This document shows, piece by piece, positions 28,701 through 37,742 of a DNA stretch of 64,000 nt (within the stretch, counting starts at the first letter, position 1; the number at the start of each line of letters is the position of its first letter). The notes beneath the pieces were generated by a model that saw only the letters and a list, made by a program, of their open reading frames with translations, made no database searches and was not told the origin of the DNA. The stretch is from a virus. The translations under genes and the position numbers were made by a program. Location of the stretch: positions 1,656-65,655 of IMG/VR virus record IMGVR_UViG_3300030617_000007, one strand, 5' to 3'.

Positions 28701-29108
28701 GAAGGTCGAACCTGCGCCAGCGGTCTTCGTAAATATTTGCGTTTGTATACCGTCGAACAAAGAGAACAACGCTGCGGCCTGGTCGATCATGACATAAATC
28801 TCTTCAGTCGTGAGATTGAAAAGGCGGAAGTCATAGAAGCGGTCGACGCTGTTCCATGTGTTGCTGTCATATACCGAGTTGCCAGGGCGACGACCGAGCG
28901 TTAGACGATTAGTGATCTCGACGTTGGAACCAGCGATGAGAGCATCACCGCTGGCACCATAAAACTTTTCCGTCAAGCGCGTCGTGTTTGCATCTCGCAG
29001 AGGACTACGATTCGTCCAGATACCACTAGACCAGCGACCTGTGTAAATAGGTGCAAAGCGAGTTTGTTTCTGAGCTTGGCCACCGGCCAAACCTATGAGA
29101 TTCGGCAT
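25713..29108 (-). CDS. Large tail protein (nozzle/tail tubular B-like) with PA14-like insert and repeats
   Basis: 1131 aa; beta-propeller-like C-terminal part (RIFYSIGNTVYW, VKRMVPT, GLMVFT); GSFDIPVAGQYAF...AGTYHYEIDY PA14-like segment. Confidence 0.6.
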   Translation of the reverse strand: MPNLIGLAGGQAQKQTRFAPIYTGRWSSGIWTNRSPLRDANTTRLTEKFYGASGDALIAGSNVEITNRLTLGRRPGNSVYDSNTWNSVDRFYDFRLFNLTTEEIYVMIDQAAALFSLFDGIQTQIFTKTAGAGSTFMQSVGNSLYFGNGIDNKKWVQTLTTWQAGFNWTNNSTPTFTTFLIDPAGNIQQLTTAGISGGTEPTWNETVPSVGNNFQGGTTTDGTSVWTNRGNPMENWGIAAPTGVVTPVVGSSRVSWQASTYYSLPGVLIDSNGNLQQVTTAGLTAGSTPTWQTTVGATTTSGTAVFTLIQLASSMVWQPNTSYPNGHFVIGTATGTNCLFQLASGSSLAFNSNIAAYIYPQGSVPGVVYLTYPTSLGSATESYTTLSSLQMTGTPTGSGATQSWNNLNGAGVVTGTTTPFPTGADHDYQMVVLGSFDIPVAGQYAFTLVSHDAVLWGIGDGAQYVSGPNIPPSGGGTNPTQTAVQGYPVFGGNNNRFEAGGISTNSFVLNFPTAGTYHYEIDYAYWFHSGQQLNLSANGQTIPFGTATTGTAEPVWPAFTTSNAPNYATVSESAGQYVWSNLGPVTDFTFLPNVNYTLPNNVIIDPNGYTEGPFRTGATGTTAPTFTTALNGLTLDNPNLIWINQGAATQPPAGSLSTFNGGWQYAIALVNTLDNTVSNATQLSIATGNHVGFASVTIPPASGLGNLADIDPQADYVAIFRTTDGEATPFLIPGTNTVYTIPLSTYITSGYTDTTPDTGLNNLIEAPIGGENTPPANGAINLTFHLNRIFYSIGNTVYWTSGPDTPIGNGVNGTSPLDFDTFPSLVKRMVPTTSGLMVFTVSDVYLIQGSGTSQSPIQSAIPIMTGIGLLNYDALDINGSIIGFFSTDNEFIIIDPAAGVTDAGFPIGDQLRQTSGNIGQNWNPANVYVTWHVQGEDKAWYVSDGVNGWFRLMATPSPESGYTWSPFATIQGGCKAVTSIEVTPGVHRLLLGPTGTGPILNRDLNASQDNGVSYPANAVIGSAVLAQPGQVAVVSYIVTDSAPFGTPLTLGVLMDEALPYYTGTFDILKENVPDPPTLGRSRSIPSQRFYLADIDSGAVCRHMQMKVIWATEAAQNELLTLTVFGAFYQEN

Positions 29109-29123
29109 ATTGCTCCTTCTTTG

Positions 29124-31307
29124 TTACACGATGCTTGTAATGATTCCGCCGACAACTGTTACAGTCTTGCTATCCTCACTGACGAAAGAACCGGTAGCTC
29201 CGGCCAGCGGCGCTCCGGTTTGGTTTGTGACGAAGGTATTGGCTAGTAAGTTGCCACTGAAACTCCACCATCCGTTTGTCGGACTGTATATGAAGTTGCC
29301 ACTTTCGTTATAGTTAAACTGAATAACGAATACGTCGGCTTGAGTTACACCATCAAAAGGACTACCCACTTTTATTAGTGGGTATTGCGCATCAGTACCG
29401 GACTGCGGAGCGTTGCCGAAGAACAAACCAGTGCTGTAGGGGCCTGTGAACGTCAATGCTCCCGGCGCTACCAGTGTATTGTTTGCATTTCCTCCACCAC
29501 CATAATAAGTTACCGGGTTATAGTTATTGGCCTGAATGTGATTAGTGTTGCCACCACCCCACCCTGTCCCACCAATATCCAATAGAAACCCTGAACTACC
29601 GTGACGAGGATTAGCAGGGGTTATTTGTGATTTGATAATCCACATTCCCGTACCGCCGTAAACAGGGTAATGGGGATTTTCTACTACGTCTCCCGCAGTC
29701 CATGGTACGTTATTCTGTTCGATATGGCCTGCTGGATTGTTATAGTCTGGATTGGATACGATCTCTGCGCCGGGGTATATTGTAAACTCTGAGTTTGCTG
29801 TTCCGTCAGATGTCCATTGTTCACTACCTGCCTGCGGTAGTAAGTTAGTTGTTCCTCCACCTACATTAAGTCCGTATATTAGATTAGTACCGTCGAGAGA
29901 CCCGAAGGCATAGTAGCTAGAACGCATTCCAGAGAAAGCTAGGTTAGCCGCAGAGCTAATATATCCGCCAGCTACTCCACCCTTGAATATAATTACTTGA
30001 GAGTTAGGGTTGCGCAGTAAGCAAGTCACACGCTGCGTCGTACCTGTAGTAGTTACCGCTGTGATGACGGACTGTTCTGGATAGCTCGTGCCTGCAACAG
30101 ATATATGATCTCCTACACTGAAACCATTAGTGCTGTCGTTGAAGGTGACAAGTTGTATCGTAAAAGTACACGATACGGGGGAGTCAGCAGTGCAACTTTG
30201 ATTAGGTATCTGCTCAAAGCTTGTTCCTTGATTCTGCCATGACCCTGATGTTGCAGGATTTTGATTTAGGTTTCCAGCAACAGTAGACTGGTAGTAGTTT
30301 CCATCCGTGTAGAGTACAACCTCTCGGTCGGTATATGTTACAGAAGAGTCCCAATTAGGAATTATCCCGTAACCTATAGCAGTTGAAATAGGGATGCTAC
30401 TTGCTGTGCAGCCGAACGAGTACAGATATGTGTCAGTCTCCGTACCATTCAAGTCTAACTGTACAAAAGTTGTGCCTGAGCTTGGAGTAGGTACTGTAAC
30501 TCTACTAGACACTATAGGTCTGCTGATATTCAGCATAAAAGCACCGTCAGTTGTCCAGTTGTTACCAGAGGTTGCAGAACTCCAAACGGGCGAACGGTCG
30601 TTAACTCCGCTGGAAGATACTACTGTTCCGTGATAATATCCTACATTTTCGCTCTGTTCACATTGCAGACCAGTGACACCCTCGTCAGACTGAGCAGACA
30701 CTCCGCCATCAGTGAAGACGTAGCCGTAGATACCTGCCGTGTCTCCGGCTGAATGTTTGTTGATAATGAAGGAAGTATTTTGATGAATACCACGTACTCC
30801 GGTATTGAGCACAGAGGACATCCCATGACCTACAGTCCATAGACCGGCGTTGCCTAGAGAGAAGCCTGACCCTTCAATTGTGAAGTTAGTGTCTAATCCT
30901 ACGTAGTTAGAAAAGTACCCATAATTAGATATGCTATTGTAGTCAGTAGTGGATGGGAGCAAGACGGGTATTGGGTTCTGTGATCCTAAACTCAAAGTAC
31001 CAGGCCAAGACATATCCCATTGGTTACTTTGATTTAAGTTGCTTAGACTAGCGCCTGTACCTTGTACTTCTAATCCATTCTCAGTGTAAGCTGGAAGAAT
31101 TGTGGTAGCACTGGGGACTACACCACCTCCGCCCCCCGGCTCGACGTATGCCGATATATTACCATCGCTATCAGTCTGCCAGTTGATATTCGCCATACCC
31201 TCTGGTGGGGCAGGCGTGTTGTCGCTGAGACAAACCACGCCGTATTCACGGAGATAGCGGTTGAGGTTCTTGGTAGGCTGGAACTGAAAGCCGTTAGGGT
31301 GCGTCAT
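29124..31307 (-). CDS. Tail fibre/spike (receptor-binding candidate)
   Basis: 727 aa, S/T/G/N-rich, AT-richer DNA; N-terminal module shared with 31329..31979. Confidence 0.55.
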   Translation of the reverse strand: MTHPNGFQFQPTKNLNRYLREYGVVCLSDNTPAPPEGMANINWQTDSDGNISAYVEPGGGGGVVPSATTILPAYTENGLEVQGTGASLSNLNQSNQWDMSWPGTLSLGSQNPIPVLLPSTTDYNSISNYGYFSNYVGLDTNFTIEGSGFSLGNAGLWTVGHGMSSVLNTGVRGIHQNTSFIINKHSAGDTAGIYGYVFTDGGVSAQSDEGVTGLQCEQSENVGYYHGTVVSSSGVNDRSPVWSSATSGNNWTTDGAFMLNISRPIVSSRVTVPTPSSGTTFVQLDLNGTETDTYLYSFGCTASSIPISTAIGYGIIPNWDSSVTYTDREVVLYTDGNYYQSTVAGNLNQNPATSGSWQNQGTSFEQIPNQSCTADSPVSCTFTIQLVTFNDSTNGFSVGDHISVAGTSYPEQSVITAVTTTGTTQRVTCLLRNPNSQVIIFKGGVAGGYISSAANLAFSGMRSSYYAFGSLDGTNLIYGLNVGGGTTNLLPQAGSEQWTSDGTANSEFTIYPGAEIVSNPDYNNPAGHIEQNNVPWTAGDVVENPHYPVYGGTGMWIIKSQITPANPRHGSSGFLLDIGGTGWGGGNTNHIQANNYNPVTYYGGGGNANNTLVAPGALTFTGPYSTGLFFGNAPQSGTDAQYPLIKVGSPFDGVTQADVFVIQFNYNESGNFIYSPTNGWWSFSGNLLANTFVTNQTGAPLAGATGSFVSEDSKTVTVVGGIITSIV

Positions 31308-31328
31308 GTATATCTCCGAGTGTTACGA

Positions 31329-31979
31329 TTAGACTAACGTGACGGTCTTACGAGTTCCGCCTACAGTGAAATAGAGATTCGTGCCGTCATACTCGAAGGC
31401 ACCGTTTACAGGAGTGTCCACCAGTGTTCCTGCTGTCAAAAGAATAGGGACAACGCTAGAAGCATTGATAGCGAGACTGGCATTCAAAGAAAAAGTCTGC
31501 CCGAAACCTATTGAAATACCTTGGTCAGTGTTAGGTATCGCTAATCCATTGACGTTGAATTGGTTGTAAGTAAATCCAGCAGAACGAAACTGATAAGCTC
31601 CACCGCTTAGTGTATCGAAGTAAAAAGTAGGGTCTGACGGAGACGCTACGAAACCCTGACGAAGATCGTTATCGTTACTACCACCTAACGTTAGGCTACA
31701 ATAAGTACTAGACGGTAGTTGCTCGGCAAGTAGGTTTGGTACGGATGTAAAGTTACCATCCCCATCGGTCGTCTGAATAGAGGCTACCGGACCTGACGCA
31801 GTACTGCCGCCCCCTCCTGATACATATCCTGATACGTTACCGAACACGTCGAACTGCCATGTGATGTTAGTCGCGCCATCTGGGGCTGCGGGAAGAGTGT
31901 CGTTGAGCGTAACCGCGTCAAAGGTGCGCAGAGCTACGTTCAGATTATTGGTAAACATTTGAACTGACATTTGTATCAA
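31329..31979 (-). CDS. Tail fibre-like protein
   Basis: NDTLPAAPDGATNITWQ module; NGAFEYDGTNLYFTVGGTRK C-terminus. Confidence 0.55.
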   Translation of the reverse strand: MIQMSVQMFTNNLNVALRTFDAVTLNDTLPAAPDGATNITWQFDVFGNVSGYVSGGGGSTASGPVASIQTTDGDGNFTSVPNLLAEQLPSSTYCSLTLGGSNDNDLRQGFVASPSDPTFYFDTLSGGAYQFRSAGFTYNQFNVNGLAIPNTDQGISIGFGQTFSLNASLAINASSVVPILLTAGTLVDTPVNGAFEYDGTNLYFTVGGTRKTVTLV

Positions 31980-31985
31980 TCTCCG

Positions 31986-32486
31986 TTACAAGTTGTAATA
32001 AGGCATCTTGAAGTTTGTGCCGTTGATGCTGATGGTCACATAGCCTGCTGGTGGTGAGGGGAGGGCTGATGCTGAACCGGATGTTGCGCTGGTGTAGGTC
32101 GTAGCTTGTGATACGGAGAGCTGACCTTGCAGTCCGCCAGATACGTTCACACTGCCTGGAACCCATGCTCCAATGCTGAACGGTGATGGCGTACTCAATA
32201 CCTGCTGTGCGTTCGGCCCCCATACAAGCTGACCGTTTTCGCTATATGCAGATACGATATAAAACGTGTTCGCTGGGGCAATAACATCGTTAGGCCAAAT
32301 ACTAGGTGTACCTAACACGTTACCGCTACCGTCGAGCGGTATGTTTAGTTTAGAGCCTGCCGTGATCTCGGTCGTACCGTTGACCTGTGCATCTTGGCTT
32401 AGCTGAAATATGAGATAACCAGATGCTAATGGGTTTCCTTCGGCGTCTTGAAAGCCCCCACCTGCGATGACCACTTTGCTTGCCAT
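31986..32486 (-). CDS. Tail-associated structural protein (paralog of 33631..33972)
   Basis: FQDAEGNPLASG...LDGSGNV...WPN...PANTFY. Confidence 0.55.
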   Translation of the reverse strand: MASKVVIAGGGFQDAEGNPLASGYLIFQLSQDAQVNGTTEITAGSKLNIPLDGSGNVLGTPSIWPNDVIAPANTFYIVSAYSENGQLVWGPNAQQVLSTPSPFSIGAWVPGSVNVSGGLQGQLSVSQATTYTSATSGSASALPSPPAGYVTISINGTNFKMPYYNL

Positions 32487-32494
32487 GATGCTCC

Positions 32495-33622
32495 TTATAC
32501 CGAGTAGTACGGAATCTTCACAGTCGTACCGTTGATGACTGTCTCCCAGAACCCTAGTGGGTTTGCAGGAAGAGTTTCGCTACCGGCTGTCGCTGTCGTG
32601 GCGACTGTCGCAGAGCTAATAGTTAGTGAGCCAGTTTCAACGCTGCCCTGTACACTAATGTTAGGTACTTGGAACTGAAAGTCTGATCCTGATCCGCTGG
32701 TGTGTGATAGCACGAGAGTAGACACTGGATTTGAACCAGAAGAGAGCACTACACCTAGTTCCCAACTTTCTGAGACACTTGCTGACCCATTCCAATAGTT
32801 GCTAGAAAATACTAATGGTGGGGCGGCAGAGTTGGTGACGTTAGTCGCCGCCGAGGTGCTATACACTAGAACCTCACCGGCAAAGTTTGCCTCTAGTCCA
32901 TTAACAATGCCGCTAAAGTCTGCATTTACACCGTTGAAATTTTCAGCAAAAACATCGGAATTGAACTGTAAAAGATGAGTACCGCTTGATCCGGAAAATA
33001 CAAGAGCAAGCGTTACAGTGGGATTTGTTCCCGAACCGGGCTGCACTTGCCACGACCATGTGTCGGTCTGGGATGTACTGCCGTCCCAATAGTTACCAAC
33101 TAGTTCAAAAATAGGAGAATTCTGATTGGCTGAGTTAGTGGCTGGTGCTGTCGCAAGTACACTTACATTTGAGTCCGATACCCATCCTTCTTCAAAAGTT
33201 TGAGCTGCCGTCCAGTTATTATTTATATTGGTCTGTGGTACGTTTACTAGAAGGTTCTGCCACCCGGTATTCGTAAAGACTAAGAGCTGCTGAGCGCCGA
33301 CGCTCCACACTTGCCAACCGTTGTTTGGAGTGTAGTAAACCCATGCTGGTACCTTTGTATTAGTGCCGGGCGTGGTGACCTCTGTCGACCATACTGCCAA
33401 TGCGCTTCCGTGGCCTGCCCACGTCCCTGTAGGGCTCGTGCCTACGATGTATGCGTCTCCGTTCGCTGGAGAACTTGGAGCCGTATTGCCGCCTGCACTA
33501 ATGACCGTGGCCTGCACCAGACTATCGAAGCCGATGAGGAAAGGTCGGAACGCATCATAGTAGACTTCATTGATATCAGCGTTGATAAAAAGATTTAGTT
33601 TTGGGCCGAAATCTATTGCCAT
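32495..33622 (-). CDS. DUF2793-like tail fibre protein
   Basis: GDAYIVGTSPTGTWAGH...AVW...TPNNGWQVW; internal duplication (NYWDGS/NYWNGS). Confidence 0.6.
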   Translation of the reverse strand: MAIDFGPKLNLFINADINEVYYDAFRPFLIGFDSLVQATVISAGGNTAPSSPANGDAYIVGTSPTGTWAGHGSALAVWSTEVTTPGTNTKVPAWVYYTPNNGWQVWSVGAQQLLVFTNTGWQNLLVNVPQTNINNNWTAAQTFEEGWVSDSNVSVLATAPATNSANQNSPIFELVGNYWDGSTSQTDTWSWQVQPGSGTNPTVTLALVFSGSSGTHLLQFNSDVFAENFNGVNADFSGIVNGLEANFAGEVLVYSTSAATNVTNSAAPPLVFSSNYWNGSASVSESWELGVVLSSGSNPVSTLVLSHTSGSGSDFQFQVPNISVQGSVETGSLTISSATVATTATAGSETLPANPLGFWETVINGTTVKIPYYSV

Positions 33623-33630
33623 GATGCTCC

Positions 33631-33972
33631 TTATGAAGAGAATGACGCGCCGAATGCCGCGCCGAAGCCAGTAGGGTTGGACGGAGTAACGGTCACTACA
33701 ATGGGAGTGACGGTTACAAGCTGTCCCTCTTCCGTGTAGGCGCGTAGTAAATAAACTGTATTTGCCGGTAGTAAGCTGACATTAGGCCAGAACAACGGCG
33801 TACCTGATACGTTGCCGCTGCCGTCGAGCTGGACGCGCACTTTACTGTACGCGCCAAGCTGACCGTTTGGTGTCTGACTGTCGGTGCTGATGTTGACAAG
33901 GAGAAAGCCGTTGGCCAGCTCATTCCCCTCAGCGTCAGTAAACTGTGTGACGGGGAGACCGTTCTGTGCCAT
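33631..33972 (-). CDS. Tail-associated structural protein
   Basis: ATG at 33972 with SD GGAG; paralogous to 31986..32486. Confidence 0.55.
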   Translation of the reverse strand: MAQNGLPVTQFTDAEGNELANGFLLVNISTDSQTPNGQLGAYSKVRVQLDGSGNVSGTPLFWPNVSLLPANTVYLLRAYTEEGQLVTVTPIVVTVTPSNPTGFGAAFGASFSS

Positions 33973-33980
33973 GCTACTCC

Positions 33981-34883
33981 TTATGTCTGTCGCGCCTGGA
34001 AGCCTTGATTCTGTCTCTGCCCGTTGGCAGATGGCGCACCGGTAATTGAGTACCACGTGTTGAGGAAGATGTTCTTTTCCGTCTCCGTGAGACCTTCTGC
34101 TGTACCGAGTAAGCCTGCCATGAACTTTTGATTGGCCGTAGCGAAGCGTGGGTCATCGGCGAACAGCCACATCATCGCGAGGAAACCCCAATTGTAGATG
34201 TGGGAATACTCGTCAGGGATTGGTGCCCAAGTCTGCGATAGCTTACTGAAGATCGGGGGTTTCTGCTGGATAGTGATAGCAATAGGATACGCCTTGTCCG
34301 GTGTACTCATCAGACGGAAGGTGACGTTACCGAGGCCATCGTCAGTCTGCGCCGCGATGAAAGCCGGACGTCCCTGAGTCGAATCGAGGCCGAGAGAAAT
34401 CTTTGCACCAAGTTCTACCCATCCTTTTGTCGGATCGTTGACTGACTGCGTCTCCATCCATGCAAAGGTGTAAGAGCCTACTGCTGTCGGGAGCACTGGA
34501 CCTCTGTTTGTCCAGGTCACTGACCCGTCCGTAGTTGTGCCTGCGAGCGTGTGGTTCCATGTTGGGCCGGTGCCGGTGGTACCTGCTGTCGTACAGACTT
34601 GGGAGTTACCTGCATCATCTATGGTGAACCAACCTAGTGTGACGGCTGTTGAGGCAGTGTAATTGAATACGGTGTAGTCCTGCTGGCCTATGACAGTAAC
34701 AAAGCCAATGATGCGACGGTTCCACCGCCATGCAAAGGGCGCGCCCATGATCGTCTGGACCACAGTATTGGCTGAGGTGAGGGCTGGTTCGAGGAAGTCG
34801 TTGTTGGCATTCGTTCGACCAAAATTAAATTTCTTTGCCCATTCCGAGGTCCGAAGGAGGGTTATTGTACTAGATGCTGCCAT
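33981..34883 (-). CDS. Head-tail adaptor/tail tubular A-like protein
   Basis: ANTVVQTIMG-P.-W.WNR...PDKAYPI...PIPDEY; paralog of 35007..36128. Confidence 0.55.
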   Translation of the reverse strand: MAASSTITLLRTSEWAKKFNFGRTNANNDFLEPALTSANTVVQTIMGAPFAWRWNRRIIGFVTVIGQQDYTVFNYTASTAVTLGWFTIDDAGNSQVCTTAGTTGTGPTWNHTLAGTTTDGSVTWTNRGPVLPTAVGSYTFAWMETQSVNDPTKGWVELGAKISLGLDSTQGRPAFIAAQTDDGLGNVTFRLMSTPDKAYPIAITIQQKPPIFSKLSQTWAPIPDEYSHIYNWGFLAMMWLFADDPRFATANQKFMAGLLGTAEGLTETEKNIFLNTWYSITGAPSANGQRQNQGFQARQT

Positions 34884-34962
34884 TTGATCTCTCCAAATAA
34901 CCAATGAGGTTTCTCATATGGTCAGTATCATCTTTCAATATCCCGAGGATCAGGTTGCTCAT
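34870..34962 (-). pseudogene. C-terminal remnant of an endonuclease VII gene
   Basis: SNLILGILKDDTDHMRNLIGYLERSN aligns with CNSAIGNLKDDPVIVDRASEYLRRAN of 25240..25698. Confidence 0.55.
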
Positions 34963-35006
34963 GCCCGTTTTTACAATGTGTTTTAAGCAATTAAATACCT
35001 TATTTA

Positions 35007-36128
35007 TCAACGACTTGACCAGGGTCCATAGGGGTAACTAGCCGAAATTTGGGCTGTGCCCCAACCGTTGTCCATGATACTTTGGCCTGGATAAAATCCA
35101 TAGTCGTCCTGCTCGCGGTCGGCTTGGCGTACTGCCTTGTCGAGGGCTTCGAGGAAGAGCTGACGCTCCAGTTGATATTTAGATCGAATCTTCGGATCAG
35201 GATTGCGCCGATAGCATTCGGCAAAGAAGCCTTGCTTGAATGCCCATGCATAATCATCAGGGATAGGCTCAAGTGTCTGAGAGGTGCTCTTAAAGCGCGG
35301 AGCGCGCATCTGAGCTTCGACTACGATCTGCCATGCCACACCGTTCTGAGGCGGAATGGGATTCAGGCGGAAGCCCTGGCCCTTCGGGTTGATCGCGGTC
35401 CATATGCAAGATCCGTCTGCTACTGTGGTAGCCACGGTGGTGGGAGCAGGGATCGTCGGATAGACCGGGTTCGTTGGCCAAGTCGGTTGCGTGTTGCCGC
35501 ACGTACCGAAGGTCGTGAGGTTCCACAGGTTCCCGTTAGGGTCAGTGATGCAAGTCGTCGCGTTCGTAGGCTGATTCAGGATGCCGATAGGATTAGTATA
35601 GATTACGTTTGGACCGGGGTTCTGCAAGCCGCCGAGATTCGGGCCGATGTTGATCGTGTCGCCCTGAAGTTGAGTGGCGGTAGGGCCGAGGGGGTTCGCA
35701 CCCCATGTGCCGGTCTGTAGCAGATCGTTCGGGAGCCAGCAAATCTTTCCTGGGTCAGAATTCTGCTCATACGTTACGTCAAGGTCTTTCTTGACTTCGA
35801 GCTGCTGCTTCTGCTTCGGTATGGATGTCTGGTTGATCTGGGATGCCCATGCATGCTCAAGCCACGCGACGTTTACGACGCCGGGCACGAAGTAGTCCTG
35901 CTGGTACGAGATGGTCGTAAAGGTAGGAACGTTGGTGCGGTTCCACTTCCAGTTATACGGCTGACCGATAGGTCCGCCATTGATGATGTCCTGCATGACA
36001 TCGTTCGCGATGGAGATGGCCGGGGCGTTCGAGAACCCGCCAGTAGCGAGTGCCGGTGATACATCTCCAAGAGATGCGGCGTCATCGATTATTTCTTGGA
36101 GCTCCACATTCGAGTTCTGTCCTGGCAT
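35007..36128 (-). CDS. Head-tail adaptor/tail tubular A-like protein
   Basis: ANDVMQDII...PYNWKWNR...FRLNPIP...PIPDDY; ATG at 36128. Confidence 0.55.
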   Translation of the reverse strand: MPGQNSNVELQEIIDDAASLGDVSPALATGGFSNAPAISIANDVMQDIINGGPIGQPYNWKWNRTNVPTFTTISYQQDYFVPGVVNVAWLEHAWASQINQTSIPKQKQQLEVKKDLDVTYEQNSDPGKICWLPNDLLQTGTWGANPLGPTATQLQGDTINIGPNLGGLQNPGPNVIYTNPIGILNQPTNATTCITDPNGNLWNLTTFGTCGNTQPTWPTNPVYPTIPAPTTVATTVADGSCIWTAINPKGQGFRLNPIPPQNGVAWQIVVEAQMRAPRFKSTSQTLEPIPDDYAWAFKQGFFAECYRRNPDPKIRSKYQLERQLFLEALDKAVRQADREQDDYGFYPGQSIMDNGWGTAQISASYPYGPWSSR

Positions 36129-36143
36129 TATGTCTCCATACAA

Positions 36144-36178
36144 CAAAAGAGCCCTCGCACATAAAGTGTACGAGGGCT
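36144..36178 (-). terminator. Rho-independent terminator
   Basis: GCCCTCG/CGAGGGC stem followed by T-run on the minus strand. Confidence 0.6.
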
Positions 36179-36206
36179 GGTTGTTTCTTGATTCGTATTT
36201 CTACCA

Positions 36207-36887
36207 TCATCTCATGGTAGTGTGTCTTGTCTGTTCCCTGTAGAACGCACCGTTGTCTGAGTAACCAAACAACACGGAGCTCGACCCAGTATTACGGGTC
36301 GGGAAGTTGCAAGCCGTCTTATAGTCGGCATACGCGTCGAGATAGGCCTCGCGGTCGTCGCCGTAATCAGCAGCGATGGGCGGCTTCCATGTCTTGCCAC
36401 AACGCATACAGCGGACGTTGATGTCACCGTTACAGAACGTGTGCTTCATGACTGCGTACTGCGAATCATCACCCTGTCCGCCAACATAACCGGCCTGGCC
36501 GTTTCCACCTTTGCGGTGGTTGCACTTCTCTTCGCTCTTTTTCTGGGTGCGGTTCTTGTCTGCGATGGCCGCGCCATTGATACGCGCCTTAGCGCCATGA
36601 TCGTTGGACTTGAGGGCACGGTCGTCGAGACGAGCTTGGATGTCCTGCGAGTTGAGCTTGCGCTCTGCGATGGCGAGCTGGGTTTCTTCCTGCTGGAGAC
36701 GAAGGGACTCAAGCTGAGCCTTTGCGATCTCGATCTGAATCTTTTCCAGCTCGGTCGGCTCTGCGTTGAACTTGGGCTGTTCTTTCTCTTTAGGCTTCTC
36801 TTGCTGCTTCGGTGCTTCGATTGTCTGCTGTGCTTGTGCGGTAGTCGTGTTGATTCCCGCGATCTGTTCTAAACTCTTATCTGCCAT
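36207..36887 (-). CDS. Hypothetical virion-cluster protein (coiled coil plus CxH/CxxC)
   Basis: 226-aa ORF with SD. Confidence 0.55.
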   Translation of the reverse strand: MADKSLEQIAGINTTTAQAQQTIEAPKQQEKPKEKEQPKFNAEPTELEKIQIEIAKAQLESLRLQQEETQLAIAERKLNSQDIQARLDDRALKSNDHGAKARINGAAIADKNRTQKKSEEKCNHRKGGNGQAGYVGGQGDDSQYAVMKHTFCNGDINVRCMRCGKTWKPPIAADYGDDREAYLDAYADYKTACNFPTRNTGSSSVLFGYSDNGAFYREQTRHTTMR

Positions 36888-36908
36888 TCATCCCTCCTCT
36901 GGGATTTG

Positions 36909-37556
36909 TTACATCGCGCCGACGCTGTTGCGATAAGCCGTGACCAGCGCGTTATATTTGTGGAACTGCTCTGTCTCTTTAGGTCTCCCGAAGAACTTGA
37001 TTGCTTTCGCCTCGGAGATGATGCCTTTCAGGATGAGCTGTAGGAGCGGAGTGCGCCAACCGCGCCGACGCTCGGCCAATGGTGCACCGTGGTCGTCAAA
37101 GTTCATGATGGATAGTTCAGGCATCTGCCCTATCTGCACCCAGCACTCGACTGTGGGTTCGGAGAAGCCATCTTTACCGATCAGCAAGTTTGCTTTGTCA
37201 GCATGTAAATGCTGTTGGTAATACGCGTGTACGCCAGCCTTACGCAAGAGAGTGATGAACTCTGTGTGCGCCATGACTCGCCCGATACGAGCGCCAATGT
37301 CAGCGTACTCTTCAGGGGTCAACCACTGGTACTGCTTTGCAATACCGTCGCTAAACTCTTTCTGCTCGGCGGCGGCTTCTTTGTTCTGGTTGCTGATCTT
37401 GCTCTCGTCGATGTATGACCGTTTAGAGTATTCAGCGACGGCGGCTTCCAGGTCAGGGGCGAGACGCTGCTCCATCTCGTACGCGTACGACTCCCAAGGA
37501 GCCTTCTCACTCAGACGTGTACCCTGTCCGGTGTATACTGCTTCTTTCTGATCCAA
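36909..37556 (-). CDS. Hypothetical virion-cluster protein
   Basis: Likely TTG start at 37556 after AAGAGGAG. Confidence 0.55.
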   Translation of the reverse strand: MDQKEAVYTGQGTRLSEKAPWESYAYEMEQRLAPDLEAAVAEYSKRSYIDESKISNQNKEAAAEQKEFSDGIAKQYQWLTPEEYADIGARIGRVMAHTEFITLLRKAGVHAYYQQHLHADKANLLIGKDGFSEPTVECWVQIGQMPELSIMNFDDHGAPLAERRRGWRTPLLQLILKGIISEAKAIKFFGRPKETEQFHKYNALVTAYRNSVGAM

Positions 37557-37742
37557 AGTCTCTCCTCTTTGGTGAATAAACAAATAACGTGTCTGCCAAA
37601 CGATGACGTTCGCGCGATGAACATTACACACCGTCGGCAGTACCTCCATACAGACTGGCCGGTCATATAGGAGATAAAAGTTCTCTGTCAGAGATAGCAC
37701 CAGCAGATAATCCATCCCTGGGTATGTAACAGAAAACGAAAC

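Noticed and set aside
29124-33972. Diversity-generating retroelement targeting tail fibres
   Set aside because: No reverse transcriptase in the window, and the repeats are protein-level paralogy, not a TR/VR pair differing at adenines
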